From: Phoronis australis
Lineage: Eukaryota > Animalia > Phoronida
DNA: 64,000 bases
Assembly (NCBI GenBank): GCA_002633005.1
Contig: NMRA01000046.1
Span: 998,596-1,062,595, forward strand
Direction of reading: 5' to 3'
Below, in pieces: positions 11,693 to 24,135 of the stretch; within the stretch, counting starts at the first letter, position 1; every line of letters begins with the position of its first letter. A model generated the notes under the pieces. That model did not search any database, was not told the DNA's origin, and saw nothing but the letters and a program-made list of their open reading frames with translations. The translations under genes were made by a program, and so were the position numbers.

Positions 11693-11905
11693 TTATACTT
11701 CTGGACATCCAGTCCTGCTCTCCCTGCCAGTGAGGAAGGCTTCCAACCTATGCCCACTATAACTGTTCGTCCGGCTGATGACAACCACCTACCAACAGCA
11801 AATACCTGTATCTCTAGGTTGTACATACCACTCTACTCCTCTAAGACTGTTCTCAAGAACAAACTGCTGCTGGCGATCAAGACCAAGGCATTTGGTTTTG
11901 TTTAG
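11693..11905 (+). CDS. UBR5: UBR5 last coding exon with catalytic Cys ([12 protein letters not shown]...[20 protein letters not shown]...KTKAFGFV*)
   Basis: LPTANTC catalytic motif, FGFV C-terminus, TAG stop at 11903-11905. Confidence 0.95.
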   Translation, partial: LYFWTSSPALPASEEGFQPMPTITVRPADDNHLPTANTCISRLYIPLYSSKTVLKNKLLLAIKTKAFGFV

Positions 11906-12242
11906 CTAGGCTAGTATCAGAGTATTCATTCCACAGTCAGTGAATACCATTGATTGTGTCTGATGCAATATGGGACTGTGCGTTTGTCATCGTTGGTGGG
12001 ATTGAACTTGCGGTTAAGATTGTTTTGAGTAAGGATTTTTTGTTGTAGCCAATTATGAAGGATATTCATTTTATAAAGAATGCTCAATTTAAGGGATTGT
12101 TTTAGTGTTGCAGGCTGCTCATCAACACTGATGTTGCATATAGCTGGATGGGAACAAATATTACAGTGGAGGATTTAAGATGAAATGATGTCTTTAAACC
12201 ATGCATTAGTCAGTGCATTTCTCTGTAAAATGTCTAATGTTG

Positions 12243-12248
12243 AATAAA
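12243..12248 (+). promoter_or_regulatory. Candidate poly(A) signal for UBR5
   Basis: First AATAAA I found after the stop (about 340 nt downstream). Confidence 0.5.
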
Positions 12249-12510
12249 AAGCAACAATTTCAGAAAAAGTAGTTTATTGCATGCAGTTAACACAATTCAA
12301 CCATTCCATTCAGATCAATGTCAATGACATGTGTTGCTTTGGTTCCAGCTGATTGTCACCAAGGGTAACAAGAACACTAAATGCAGGGAAAGAACACAGA
12401 GGGTCAGCATACATTTTTATTATTTCTTACCTCTGAACGTCATCTATAGTTCTGGTAGGAGGAGCGCTGTAAAATCGCGCGCGTGCGTGCGATTTTACAG
12501 TGCTCCTACC

Positions 12511-12541
<31 letters not shown>

Positions 12542-12809
12542 TATTCATGTATTGAAAAGAAAAAATTGAGCAAAACCTGGAATAAATACTTAATAAGCTG
12601 GAGTTAAAACCTAATATACATGATTCTGGTTACCAGCACCACACATGATGAACAACAGTCCTCTTGTTCATTGAGTGATCATGTGAATCGAGACAAAGAC
12701 AAGGTACAGTGTTGATATTAAATGACTTGGCAAGAAAACAATGTGTTTTGCAAATTTTGACAATAATTTGAGGAATAGTGAACATAACAATGAAGTAGCA
12801 TTCCAATCA

Positions 12810-12953
12810 CATGGGCAGTGCAGCACTGAAAAAAGTGGGGGGCTAAAGCTCCCTCAGCCCCCCTGTGGTGCACCGTCTACAGACCATGTGCAGCGTAGAA
12901 CTGAAAAACGTGGCGCTATAGCCACCCCCCCCCCGTATGATGCGCCGCCCATG
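12810..12953. mobile_element. Tiny hAT-like MITE with 5-bp TSD (AATCA)
   Basis: Termini CATGGGCAGTGCA / TGCGCCGCCCATG; AATCA at 12805-12809 and 12954-12958. Confidence 0.6.
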
Positions 12954-13872
12954 AATCAGGCAGCACGATCTGAACGGAAATCATTTTGTGGTTATCAGTG
13001 TCTGAAATGAGAATAGTATAGGTTTTCCGTTCACAGGCAAATGCTTATGCAAGCAACGTTTGTCATACGATGGTTCCCAATTTGAGCCAGTATCAGTATC
13101 CGACTTCAAACACTGGTTACATTTCATCACACAGACCACTCATTCACTCTTTGTTCCAGCAGCTGCTTTACAAAAATAGTCTGTGTTGTGATTGACATTT
13201 ACAGTAAACAGAAAGAGGTGACACTTTTTATACTGGTTCAAATTCGAAAACATTTCAACGAAAACCTGTTCTTTACAATAGAAGTGTGTTTGATGTTCAG
13301 TCTAAGACCACAGTTTGTATGCGAAAACAATATTGTTTTCTAAGAAAACTGAGACAATGTTTTTGTTAGATTCACGTGATCATGGGCACCGAATAAATAT
13401 TAAAGACCATAAATTTGCTAAACTTTAAAATTACCCTGATAAATAACTCAAAAGATTGACACAAGCCAGTGCACACAAAATTCTGGTTATGAATTAAAAC
13501 AGATACATAGTCCAGTTCCTGCTAACAGCTAAAACAAAAAGGATTGTTTCAAGTTGTATCACAGACTATCCAATAAAATATCTACATATTAAAACCAACA
13601 CTTTGAACAAGTCTTTTTACAAAAGACATAAAAAACACCATTTCCCATCTTTGCAGCATCTATAAAAATCATACTAAAGCCGCTTGTGGAAAGGTAACGG
13701 CAGTTTGGACGGACAGATATTTAACAACTGAATGTGATAGGTAGGCCAGTCAGCGTGGTCCCAAGTTCTCAACTCAGCAGATCTTTAACAAAGCAAGCCT
13801 AATTACAATCTCCATTCAATGGAAAACAAACACCATTAATTAACACATTCATTGCCATTCCCAATAAATACA

Positions 13873-14085
13873 CTACACATTGTCATCAAAGGGAACGTGT
13901 GGAGGTGACCTAGAACCCCCTAGCTCATGTTCCATGAAGCTTCCATTAGTTTTACGCTGTCGTATGGTCTGTGATTCATTATCAACATCATCTCTGGGTT
14001 CGACTTGTTTGCGATCTTTCTTCACAGGTGACTTCCCTGACAACTCATTGAGTTTTGTCAACAGAAAGTGCTTGTCACGACCCTC
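13873..14085 (-). CDS. TMC7-like exon 16, last (EGRDKHFLLTKL...VPFDDNV*)
   Basis: E-RDK-FL TMC C-terminal motif; ttttcatag acceptor; stop at 13873. Confidence 0.85.
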   Translation of the reverse strand, partial: EGRDKHFLLTKLNELSGKSPVKKDRKQVEPRDDVDNESQTIRQRKTNGSFMEHELGGSRSPPHVPFDDNV

Positions 14086-15751
14086 CTATGAAAAGTGTTA
14101 CACATTGAGAGCTTTCAGCAGGTGAATACAATATTTTAATTAAATTAGTCATTCTTTAGACTCACAAAATATATGTTGATGATTCAATATTAGGAGTCAC
14201 TGCACAAGAAAGTCAGGAAAAAGTGTGCATTTTATGCAATTTTGTGTGACTGAAGAAAAAATGCAATAGTTTCTGTGAAAAAAATTACAAAGGTATATTA
14301 GGTCAGGTGACGCTGGGGATTTTCATCATTTTCAGATAACAGTCTCAAAAATCTAGATCAAAATATTATTTTTAAAGAAAATACAGCATACATAATTCCC
14401 TCCTAAGATACACTGAAGCTACTTGAAAAACAAATACACACAAATGGTGTGTGATCTGAAGCTAACTTTCTGGGTTTTTTAATGACAAAGATTTGCCAAG
14501 TGTCATTCAGAAATTTGCCAGCTTTTGAAACCAAGGGCAAAGTTCATGTGAAGGTACCAACCTACTTGAGGTAACTGATAAGAAAGATCCAGGGTCTCCA
14601 ACTTTACCTTGTTACAGAATGCTGTTATGCATTTTCAATTAAGTGACTATGTGCTTTCTCATCAAAAAATGAACTTCAAAATTAAAATACAAGCAGAAAC
14701 AGTTTCAGCATTTGAATTAATGAAATGGGCCTTGCGTGAGTGCAACTTTTTAGTACTTTTTATTTCAGTACACACTCAACTCATGAGGCAATGAAAGACA
14801 AAACAAATGGAGCATGTATGTTTTAGCAGGACTGTGATAAGTAGCAGTAGCTCACGCCCTTGTCCAAGAATACAGCTGTCAAGCTGATCATCCGCAATAT
14901 CAAAATGAGCAATCTTCAATAATGTGTAGTTTAAAAACAGAGTAATGGAAGCATGAGTTGGGCATGTAGGAATATATCCAACAGCACAAGGAATGCACAA
15001 CAGTGAACTCACTGATGTAGACTCAGCTACACGGATTTTTTGAAGACAAAAGTTGTTTATACTGTGTCAAAAGTCTCCAGTGGCTTCTTCAACTCAATAA
15101 ATGTGAAACAAGCACAGGGGGCCCAGGAATAAAGACTGGGGTTCTAAAATAAAGCTTCAGGTACTGACAAATTGATGCTTTTAGATGTAAGTTAACAAAA
15201 GACTTTTGCAATGTGGAATTTAAATGTTCCAATAAAAGCAAATGCTTGAGGAGAATGCAAGCAGATTCATAGATAATAAAAATTATAAAAAGTGAAAAGT
15301 TTAGTTATTCAAAATATTGAAAAGAACAATATATAAGTCAGAAGAACAAAAAAAGCCAATTGAAAGCTGCTAATAATTTTTGAGTTGAAGTTCTGCAATT
15401 TCCCGTCTCAGGTAAGTGAAAAATGACAGCAAAAATCAATACAATACAATAAAGTTGTATAATTCAAAGTCAGTTTTGAAAACATTGTAATGTTTCGCTT
15501 TTTAAAACATGAGAAAAATGACAAATTATGTCATCTTCAAACAATTCAAGAAGAAATTGCCTGGCAGAAAACCAATGTTCGTGACATGCCATTTTCCCAG
15601 AATATTTCATTTTGTCTCACTTTCTCCTCATGCAGTGACGAGACAATTATACAATAGAAATGATTACTGAGATTTGCCAGTGACTGCCTTGGCAGTTTAC
15701 AGATATGTCACGGAGGGAATTTCACCAATCAACTCTGTTCAGAAGACTTAC

Positions 15752-15830
15752 CAAAACTAACTGATCTTTCAGGACACGGACCATTTGCTTGTGTGCTGTC
15801 AATAATGAAGCAACATAGTAGATGATCAGA
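15752..15830 (-). CDS. TMC7-like exon 15 (LIIYYVASLLTAHKQMVRVLKDQLVL)
   Basis: IYY...LK-QL TMC motif; canonical splice sites. Confidence 0.9.
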
Positions 15831-15980
15831 CTGCAAAAAAAATACAAAGATCAACATTTCCTATATGTAGTTTTTATTTATGATTAGTAGTGTGTTTATA
15901 TTAACTAAAGTGACCAATATTTGACACTAGGTGGACCTAGTGCAGATGGACTAAAGAAAGACAACTAAGGTACATCTTAA

Positions 15981-17339
15981 GGTTATCTCCAACCTTATTT
16001 AGTGGCCTCCATTCTAACTCGTATATCAAAAAACTAAGCTTCTTCAACTAATAAAAGTAAATATTTTCTGAAAGAACAAAAACCAAGAAATATAAATATA
16101 CTTTTTGTATTTATGTGCCATAACTATTTTTACGTAAAAACCTTTTTTAATTCAAAATTTCATTTTTAAGAAAGGTACATTCCTAGCAAAAAATCCTCGG
16201 TCGATTTTACCAGTTAACTCAAAAAACGCTTTTGGTAATTTTCGATTAGTCTGTTCGTTTGGTTTTTATGACAAATCAACTCGCAAAACGTAAGGTATTT
16301 TTGTAAAAAATTGAAGTTGTATTCGTCTTTTTCACATTACGCAAAAACTAGGCCTTTGTATCAAAAATCATTACAGCATTTTTGAGATTGATGACTAAAT
16401 ATTAAGTTTGGAAAGTTTCAGTGAAATCCATCAAGCCGTTTTTGAGAACTAGTGTTCCTAAGTTCAAATAAAGTTGATTTTCTGAAGCCGAGAAAAAGCC
16501 GATTAAACTGGGACAAGTGAAAATCTCAGTCTTCGGTTAGTTATTTGGTGAAAACTTGTTTTCAGTACACATAACCTATACAATCCTTAACTATTTTAGC
16601 TATTTCAACGTTCACTCTCAATGTCAACTGATTTTGCAGTGCGCAGCTAACTTAATTATCATTAAAACCTCAAACAGACGTATTGTTCCCAGCCAACTTT
16701 TTCTGTTGTTTACGCTCTACTTTCTAAGTAGGTTACAGTTCATAGCCTGTACACGTCATGTCCTGGGAGACTGATACAAAACCAAGTAAGAAATGGATTA
16801 CAAAAATCGAATCGGTGGTTAAAATATGTCATTAGCACGAGATCGAAACATCGAAATGTCAACTTATTAATTGAATTAAGGAATTAGGGCGAGGACTTAT
16901 TTCTTTTCACAACTTTCTGTGCTCATGACCATGCACCACAGAGGCCTGAGGTGACTCGTAGCATTCGTTTTCAACGCCAACAGTTGTATACATGTAAACG
17001 CACAACTCCCTTAGGATCAAAACTACGTTTTTTTCCGTGGCTCCATTCTATCATACACCTCGTTGGCTCAATTTTATGGCAATTTTGTGAGTGAAAGGAC
17101 TGAGCTGGCCGGAGATTCAATTCAATTGAAAGCCTTTTAAACTTTGACCTTGGATACGTAGTAAATAAATATCCACGCGGTTGTGCGGTTCTAAGGTGGT
17201 TCTGCTCAATCTTTTTTCTCGCTACGCCGTATAAATTTTCTATTTGAAGTTCCAGGAGAATGAAGATAAGGTATTTTGCTAGACACAAGTGAAATATTGT
17301 AAAAATGGCTAATTTTTGTGAATAAGGTTGGAGATAACC
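15981..17339. mobile_element. Kolobok-like non-autonomous DNA transposon
   Basis: TIR GGTTATCTCCAACCTTATT at both ends; flanks TTAA (15977-15980) and TGAA (one mismatch); diverged relative at 62168-63310. Confidence 0.75.
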
Positions 17340-17704
17340 TGAAGAGTCAAACAAAACCAAGTTATTAGGCTTAAAAGAATATTCTTTATAGACTTGAAGC
17401 TTTTCTTGAACAGTTTTTTGTTATTCTGTGTGCACTGGACTATCAAGATAATCCTAATAATGCTACAGCAACACACCGAAGCATGATTTAAACATCCATG
17501 TCCAATGATTCATAAAGCAACCTTTTCTTGTCATACATTACATCAGTTGAAAAAAAACAGCAGACAAAGACCAAACGATAGCAGTTTTTTGAACATTTGG
17601 TGGTACCTTTGGTTTTTGCTGTAGGTATCAGGGTGTATTGAACAGAATACCAATGTGAGCATGTATGAGTTAGGTTCACTTGCACTCACTTATACAGGAC
17701 TCAC

Positions 17705-17860
17705 ATTAGAACGATTATTAGCGGTATGACAAATCCAGCAGATCCTATGAAGTCTGAGATAGTTTGGAACCAGCTAGGCCAGCCTTCCATGGTCTTAGTG
17801 ATAACTTGGTAACAGGTGGAGTAAGCCCGGAATGGACCGCAGCCACGAGATGGAGTCATT
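17705..17860 (-). CDS. TMC7-like exon 14 (MTPSRGCGPFR...FVIPLIIVL)
   Basis: PS..CGPF TMC motif. Confidence 0.93.
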
Positions 17861-18930
17861 CTAGGAGAACAAATTAAAGATATGAGTAGAGAGCACATAA
17901 CAGTTCAGTGTATACCTACAATCAACATCAATTACTTAGACTCATACAGCTGGCTAATTATAGAAAATGTAAACACAAAGGGACTTGACTTATAAATGAC
18001 ACAGATTTCATGCTGACATAAAAAACTAACAAAACACTACCACAATATAGTAATGTAGCGTACTTCTTTGGATTAATGCCCAGTGTGAGAAACAACAAAC
18101 TCAAAGGGTGTCTCCCAGTTCAACCAAATCCAGTAAAGCATGCTTACTTAAATGTACACTTTATATGACAGAAGGGATATAACGTGACACTGAGCACTAT
18201 AATACAAATGAGCACAATATGAGCAGCAAGCAAATATATGAACAGTTATTTTGTGTACCTACAGCCAAGTAGAGAAGCTGAAATTTAGACTAGTTCAAAG
18301 TAGTGGCTAATTAACCATACTTAAGTGAAACCAAAGTTTTCAATCAGATTTAAATAGTACACTATTATCATTGTAACTGTTTACATGATTACACCATGAG
18401 ACAAGGCAGAAACAAGTTTTTGCATGGTAAATAAATTCTCATACACCTTCTGTCTTAGGGTAATTAAGTATACACAATGCAACAGATGATGCCATAACCC
18501 ACAATGCACCAAACCTGAACAATAAGTGAACATAAGGTCTGTTCTTGCATCACATGACAGCATGATGTAAACCACTTGAAACAATAGAAATCAAAGCGCT
18601 TATAAGTCCGTATTTTAACTTTTGATTTAGACCATATACTTACCACTACTAAATTGGTCTCAGCTTGTTCCTTACTCACATGGGAAGCAAATTTTGGACT
18701 TGCAACTGACAGTTCAATACTGCATGAATAAAATGACAGTACACATTGGCAAGTCAAATTGTGGCTCATGGTTTCAAGCCCAGAAATCACATGTACTTGA
18801 CTAAGGAACAATTTGAGACCAATTTCAGAACAGCAAATAGCTTCTCAATTCAAAATTTGTTTTTTGTGACAAAAGGAAGTTTTATAGCCACAATATGTTA
18901 CAAAGAGGTGCACTTTTCATAGCAACTTAC

Positions 18931-19061
18931 TTAGCAATAACCCAGCCAATGGGTACGCAGACTGAAGCAAACGAGGCAAGTAACACGATCATGAAGAACG
19001 AATTAGACTTGGAAGCTCTGTATGGACGTTTGGATGGTACATGCGTGTAGAGTAATGTCAC
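18931..19061 (-). CDS. TMC7-like exon 13 (VTLLYTHVPSKRPYRASKSNSFFMIVLL)
   Basis: P..R.(F/Y)RAS.SN.FF TMC motif. Confidence 0.93.
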
Positions 19062-19399
19062 CTAGAACCATGCACAAATGTTTAAAAAGCTAAAGCACCA
19101 CCATGCAGACAACAAGCAGAGTCATACTATGTATATTACTGGGTTCCATTTAAATTATAGAAATATAGAGAAAAGATCCTTTTTGAAAACCAGAGAAAAA
19201 GTACCTTGCGTAAAACCCGTACAGCCATTTTGTCCATATCTCATGAACTTGTTTCACCATTGGTTGTGCCCTATGACATTGAAGAAAAATGATAAAACAG
19301 TCTCTTGTCTCTAATGACAATGAAAAAGAAGCAGAGGTCCATCACGTGCTAAGGGACATCGTGGTGCTCGATGTATGTAACCAAGAACAACCGTGACAG

Positions 19400-19990
19400 A
19401 GTGACCCCCCGGACCCTTCAATCATCAACTTCTCTGTGTGTATTCCCTATGTCAGAGGCATCTCCGAAAGGATTCAAACCATCTACCGCAAACACAACAT
19501 CAAGCCATTTCATGAACTGTCCTTCCATCAGTTAAAGATTTGTCACCCCCCCTCCATAGGTGTGGTGTGATTTATGAATATAAATGTGATAAGTGTAGTG
19601 AAAATTACGTTGGAGAGACAGGTCCCAACCCCAACCTGAAACCTATCACAGCTGTTCAAGAGCATGACAGTGACCTACATCGACAGTGACCTACATCACC
19701 AGATCTGTGATGAGGACTTTAGCATATTGAGTCTACACCTGGATAAGTGGAAAAGCAAGGTACAAAAGGCTATTGAAATCCGAGTCCATAGACCTAGCCT
19801 CAACAAAGACCCAGGACTGGACCTACCTGCAGTGTATTTAGACGTTGCCAGATTCCCCCTGATACTAGCCAATCTCCGAGACTGTTTCTTATTATTTTAT
19901 TGTTTTATTCTTCAACGTCAGAGGGCGCACCCAGTGGTGAAACAAGTCCATGAGATATGGACGAATGGCTGTACACGTTTTATGCAAGGT
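19400..19990 (+). mobile_element. Degenerate Penelope-like retroelement 3' fragment (GIY-YIG endonuclease)
   Basis: Frameshifted peptides IPYVRGISERIQTIYRKHNIK, GVIYEYKCDKCSENYVGETG, TAVQEH, KAIEIRVHRPSLNKDPG. Confidence 0.8.
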
Positions 19991-21123
19991 ACTGTTTCTT
20001 TGGTTTCAAAAAGGATCTTTTCTCTATATTTCTAAGCAGAATCATCATGTTTATTGAACATTCACAAAAATGAAAACTGCATCACACATATCCAAATGCA
20101 TTATTACGTAATCTTCATCATATTCTAGTGTTAGCCAAATCCCCTAAATTACATGCCATAAGCTTTAACTAGAGTCAAACACAAAAATAATGGGTCAAAT
20201 GTTACAAATTCAGGTATTGCTAAATAATGCGTTTTCATGCTTCATCTAAATCATGCATGCATATGTTATATTAGGCTCTAACAGATGTAGAAACTGCTAA
20301 AAACTATTTTAACAAGATGGAATGAACTTAACTATATCTGTTAGTTACTTTGAAAAATATATTCATTAAATAAGTATTCATACTGGTCTCAAGGTCATGC
20401 TGTTTTCATGCTGTGAGTTCTAGCTAAGAGTTAACTGGCCAACAATGCCACTCTCCGTTGAAAGTTGGGGTAACCTCAGTTGTCACTATGCTGGTGATTG
20501 TATCAATAAACCTGTTGTTACTTTCCTTTAGGTATCACATGTTGAAACTTATGCTCTTCTACAAGTAGTTTTAATTTTTTTCCTTTTGCTGCAGAACTAT
20601 TTGAATTTGAAATGAGATATTATTCTCAACTATTTCTGAATTGTAAAAGACCAGTCAACTTATAAGACAACACCCAACTGTGTAATTCTTCTATCAATAT
20701 TTTTATATTATTACATTAGAAGAGAATGTGATCTGCTGTTTTAGTTTGTGACCGGCAGAAAGTACATACATCGGAGAGAACAAACTTAATGTTTTAAGAA
20801 AGGAGTTCGTTACAAGTCTTCTATGAAATAGTTTAAACTGCAGTGTACACAACTTTGGCTACCAGTGGTGGAAAGTTACCATAGCGGTCACCAGCGCAAC
20901 TGTGGTTTTACTTTGATTAATTGCTTTTTTGGGAAGTGGATTTCTAACTGTTTTTGGAGTTCGTGAAAACGTGCTTAAAGACTGAATACATGTCCTAAGA
21001 TCCACTTCCTGGAAATTTAGTGTTTTGAAATGCTCAAGAAACTGAAAGGAGTAAGTGACCAGAATGCCCACGATGCAAGTAAGGATGCACCTCAGAGAAC
21101 TACGTTTCACAAATAGGCATTAC

Positions 21124-21307
21124 CTTTTGAAGATAAAACATGACAAAGAACTTGACCATGGTAATGGGCGCAATGAGTGGACTGAAAAAGGCGCCTAGCC
21201 AACAGATGGTCTGAGAGTAGATAAGGTTGAGCACATTGTCTGTAACCACAAACTCCTTCAATCCTATCAGCTGGGAAAGTTTACAATGACACTTCTTCAC
21301 AATAAGC
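21124..21307 (-). CDS. TMC7-like exon 12 (EFVVTDNVLNLIYSQTICWLGAFFSPL)
   Basis: TMC-domain core EF....NVL.LIY.QT..W.G.FF.PL. Confidence 0.95.
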
Positions 21308-21725
21308 CTGTAATGACCAAGAACCAAGAGTCAGGGTAGACAATGTACCATTCTATATTGCACTAGGCATACTGCGCATATTGAACACATCTTTCTTTCA
21401 ATACAACACTTTTGTAAGTAGCAAGGTAGGGTGAAATAAAGAATGAACTAGGGTTGGATTTATTAATTATTATTACTACCATGGCAACAAGAGTGATTAA
21501 AATGAAAACATTTTTTAAAGCAATGGTAGTGTAGTCCTTTAAATCGCTCAAGTCTATTGATCAATGTCACTCATAAATAACAATTGACATTAAAGTGTGC
21601 ATAATCTAAATATGAGTTGGGACATAACTCGCACTATGTCACTACTTACTATTCAATGATACATGACACAAATCAATTATCAACACTATAATATTCAAAG
21701 CCTAACTGAACGATGAACAACTTAC

Positions 21726-21823
21726 ATTCTTGGGAACTCAATCAAGACAGGTTTGGCAAGAGTGATAATGAAGTCCATCACTACCAGCTTGTACAGCTGT
21801 TGGCCAACATAGGTCTCCCAACA
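21726..21823 (-). CDS. TMC7-like exon 11 (CWETYVGQQLYKLVVMDF...EFPR)
   Basis: CWETxVGQ family signature. Confidence 0.97.
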
Positions 21824-21934
21824 CTGAAAGAAAAAGAGAAATACAGAAATAACTCAAAAGAACAGCTAGTTGGGAAACTACAGTGGGGATGTTGCTTAGC
21901 AACATTAACTGGTCACACAGAGCCACTTACAGCC

Positions 21935-22335
21935 TGCTCCGTCTGGCTAGATATATAGGCCAGTAACCACCTGGCTGGACATATAAGCTAGCCCCAACTG
22001 GCTAAATACATGGGCCAATGCCACCTGAGACACAGACTAGTGCCGCTTGGCTAAACATAGGCCAGTATTGCCTGGCCAGATATAGGCCAGTATTGCCTGG
22101 CTGTAGACAGGCCAGTGTCGTCTGGCTACATATAGGCCAGTTTTGCCTGGCTTTAGACAGACCAGTGTCGCCTGGCTAGAAATAGGTCAGTATTGCCTGG
22201 GTATAGACAGGCCCATGTCGCCTGGCTAGATATAGGTCAGTATTGCCTGGCTATAGACAGGCCCGTGTCGCCTGGCTAGATATAGGCCAGTATTGCCTGG
22301 CTACTAGACAGACCAGTGCCACCTGGCTAGATACA
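21935..22335. repeat. Minisatellite, unit about 21 bp (GCCTGGCTAGATATAGGCCAGTATT-like)
   Basis: About 18 degenerate tandem copies. Confidence 0.9.
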
Positions 22336-22817
22336 AGCATATTGAAACCACGTGGCAGGAGGTACTTTCGACAAGATGAAAATGTCCTTTAGACTAGATT
22401 CACACATGCACAGATAAGTTGGCTTACAGTGAAAAGGGCATATTTTGTATCCAGCTCGAGGACTACAAAAAGTAAGCCTACTTTTCATATCACTAACTAT
22501 TCCACAGCCTCTGTTTTAACAACACTGTAAATGACTGCAGTAACCATCATAGCTAAACAGTGATTTATTAACAAGAACATGGTTGTTCTATTTTTTTTAA
22601 TTGGACGTTTTAATAACAAGTCGAGACTGAATTAGTGAAACGAAAATAATATAATTATGTTAAAAAAACACCTGTATTCCCCAGCATAAAAAAACAACAT
22701 ACAACTGTTAAATCTTTTTTGTACTCTAAACTGAATAATGAAGGTGGACTTTTGATCATGTAACTGCCTGCGCTTGTATGAAACAAGACAACTCTCAGAG
22801 ATATGTGGTTCACTTAC

Positions 22818-22944
22818 CCTAAGCACAGGACAAGTGTTTGAATTAACTGAGACATCACATATGTCTACAGCTCCTGTACACTCTATTTGGACATACAGGG
22901 TGGCAATGAGGACAGCCACTGAGGCAAGACGCAAGAATACAGTT
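22818..22944 (-). CDS. TMC7-like exon 10 (TVFLRLASVAVLIATLY...CPVLR)
   Basis: R.VFLRLAS motif typical of the TMC4-8/TMC7 group. Confidence 0.92.
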
Positions 22945-23962
22945 CTGAAAATAAAGAAAACAGATGAATATAGTACAGAACAGTTCATAAGTACAGTGAG
23001 TATCTTATCAAACAAACACCATAGTACACTGAGTATCTTATCAAACATACACCACGCACTACAATCAATCACATTTTTATACATATTCACAAATTACAAC
23101 AGATTTAAGAACTCCTAAGTAGTGCTTTAACAAAGTTCATTGCATCTTTCTTGTTCTCTTTCATCTAGCCATATTCAAAGCATTTCCTAGTATTGTCCTT
23201 CATATAAAATACAAGAATATTTTACTGAAGTATAAAAATGCTTTGTACTTTAGTTCATGCGACTAATTTAGGGGGGGGGAGTTGTAGTTTACCAAATTAT
23301 GATATTGCAAACATGGCTTAAAATCAATACTGTTAACACAGCTGCATACATTCACAATTATGTTATCAAATATATAGTTCCAGGAAATCTGGGTAGACAA
23401 AAAGTAAACAAACCATGACTAGGCTGGCAACACAGATATGACAACTATGACATGGCGCCACCATGCAGCATTAAACAATTGTTGAATAAACTGTTTGACA
23501 TTTTGCAGCAATCAATTTGTTTGAACTGGATAAAATGTTTGAGGCCACAGCAAAATTTCATAACTTTTTACTCTACATCGTTGCTTTTGATACAAAAATC
23601 TACAGCAGCTTGTTGTCATTCATTTTGAAAATATGTCGAGCATTTCTTTAAAATAAAATTGCATATAAATATCAGTGTTTGCCTACACACACTATACTTG
23701 AAAACACTTTTCAAAATGTTCATTTACACAACCGAAAATTCCCATCCATTGGTTACCTAGGATGACAAGAGATTAAAACTGACGTTTTCAACACTAGAAA
23801 CCTCATGATACACCACAAGGGAAGGCGGAAGTTGACCAATGTTTTAGAAATATAACTCAAGCATTCACAAGTTTGTTTTACAGCTGGAGATTGAAAGAAA
23901 TTATGAGTCTGAGAAAGTGGAGCTAGGACACTCCTGAATACTTTACTTTCAAAGGTACATAC

Positions 23963-24135
23963 CTGAACAGTGTTACTTGGATTTCTGTCTCAGGCTTGTA
24001 GTCTTCAACAAGCACAAACTTTTTGAACAAGAATGGCACCACCACATTCAAACCAGTGATAGTGAGAGATGGCAAGAATTCAATGAGGTACTTAAGGATA
24101 ATGTTGTAACTCAAGTAGTCGGGCTTCTGGGTCAA
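23963..24135 (-). CDS. TMC7-like exon 9 (FLPSLTITGLNVVVPFLF...EDYKPETEIQVTLFR)
   Basis: LPS..IT..N...P..F....EDY.P motif. Confidence 0.93.

Noticed and set aside
21935-22335. Regularly spaced repeats resembling a CRISPR array
   Set aside because: No unique spacers; it is a degenerate minisatellite in a eukaryotic intron.
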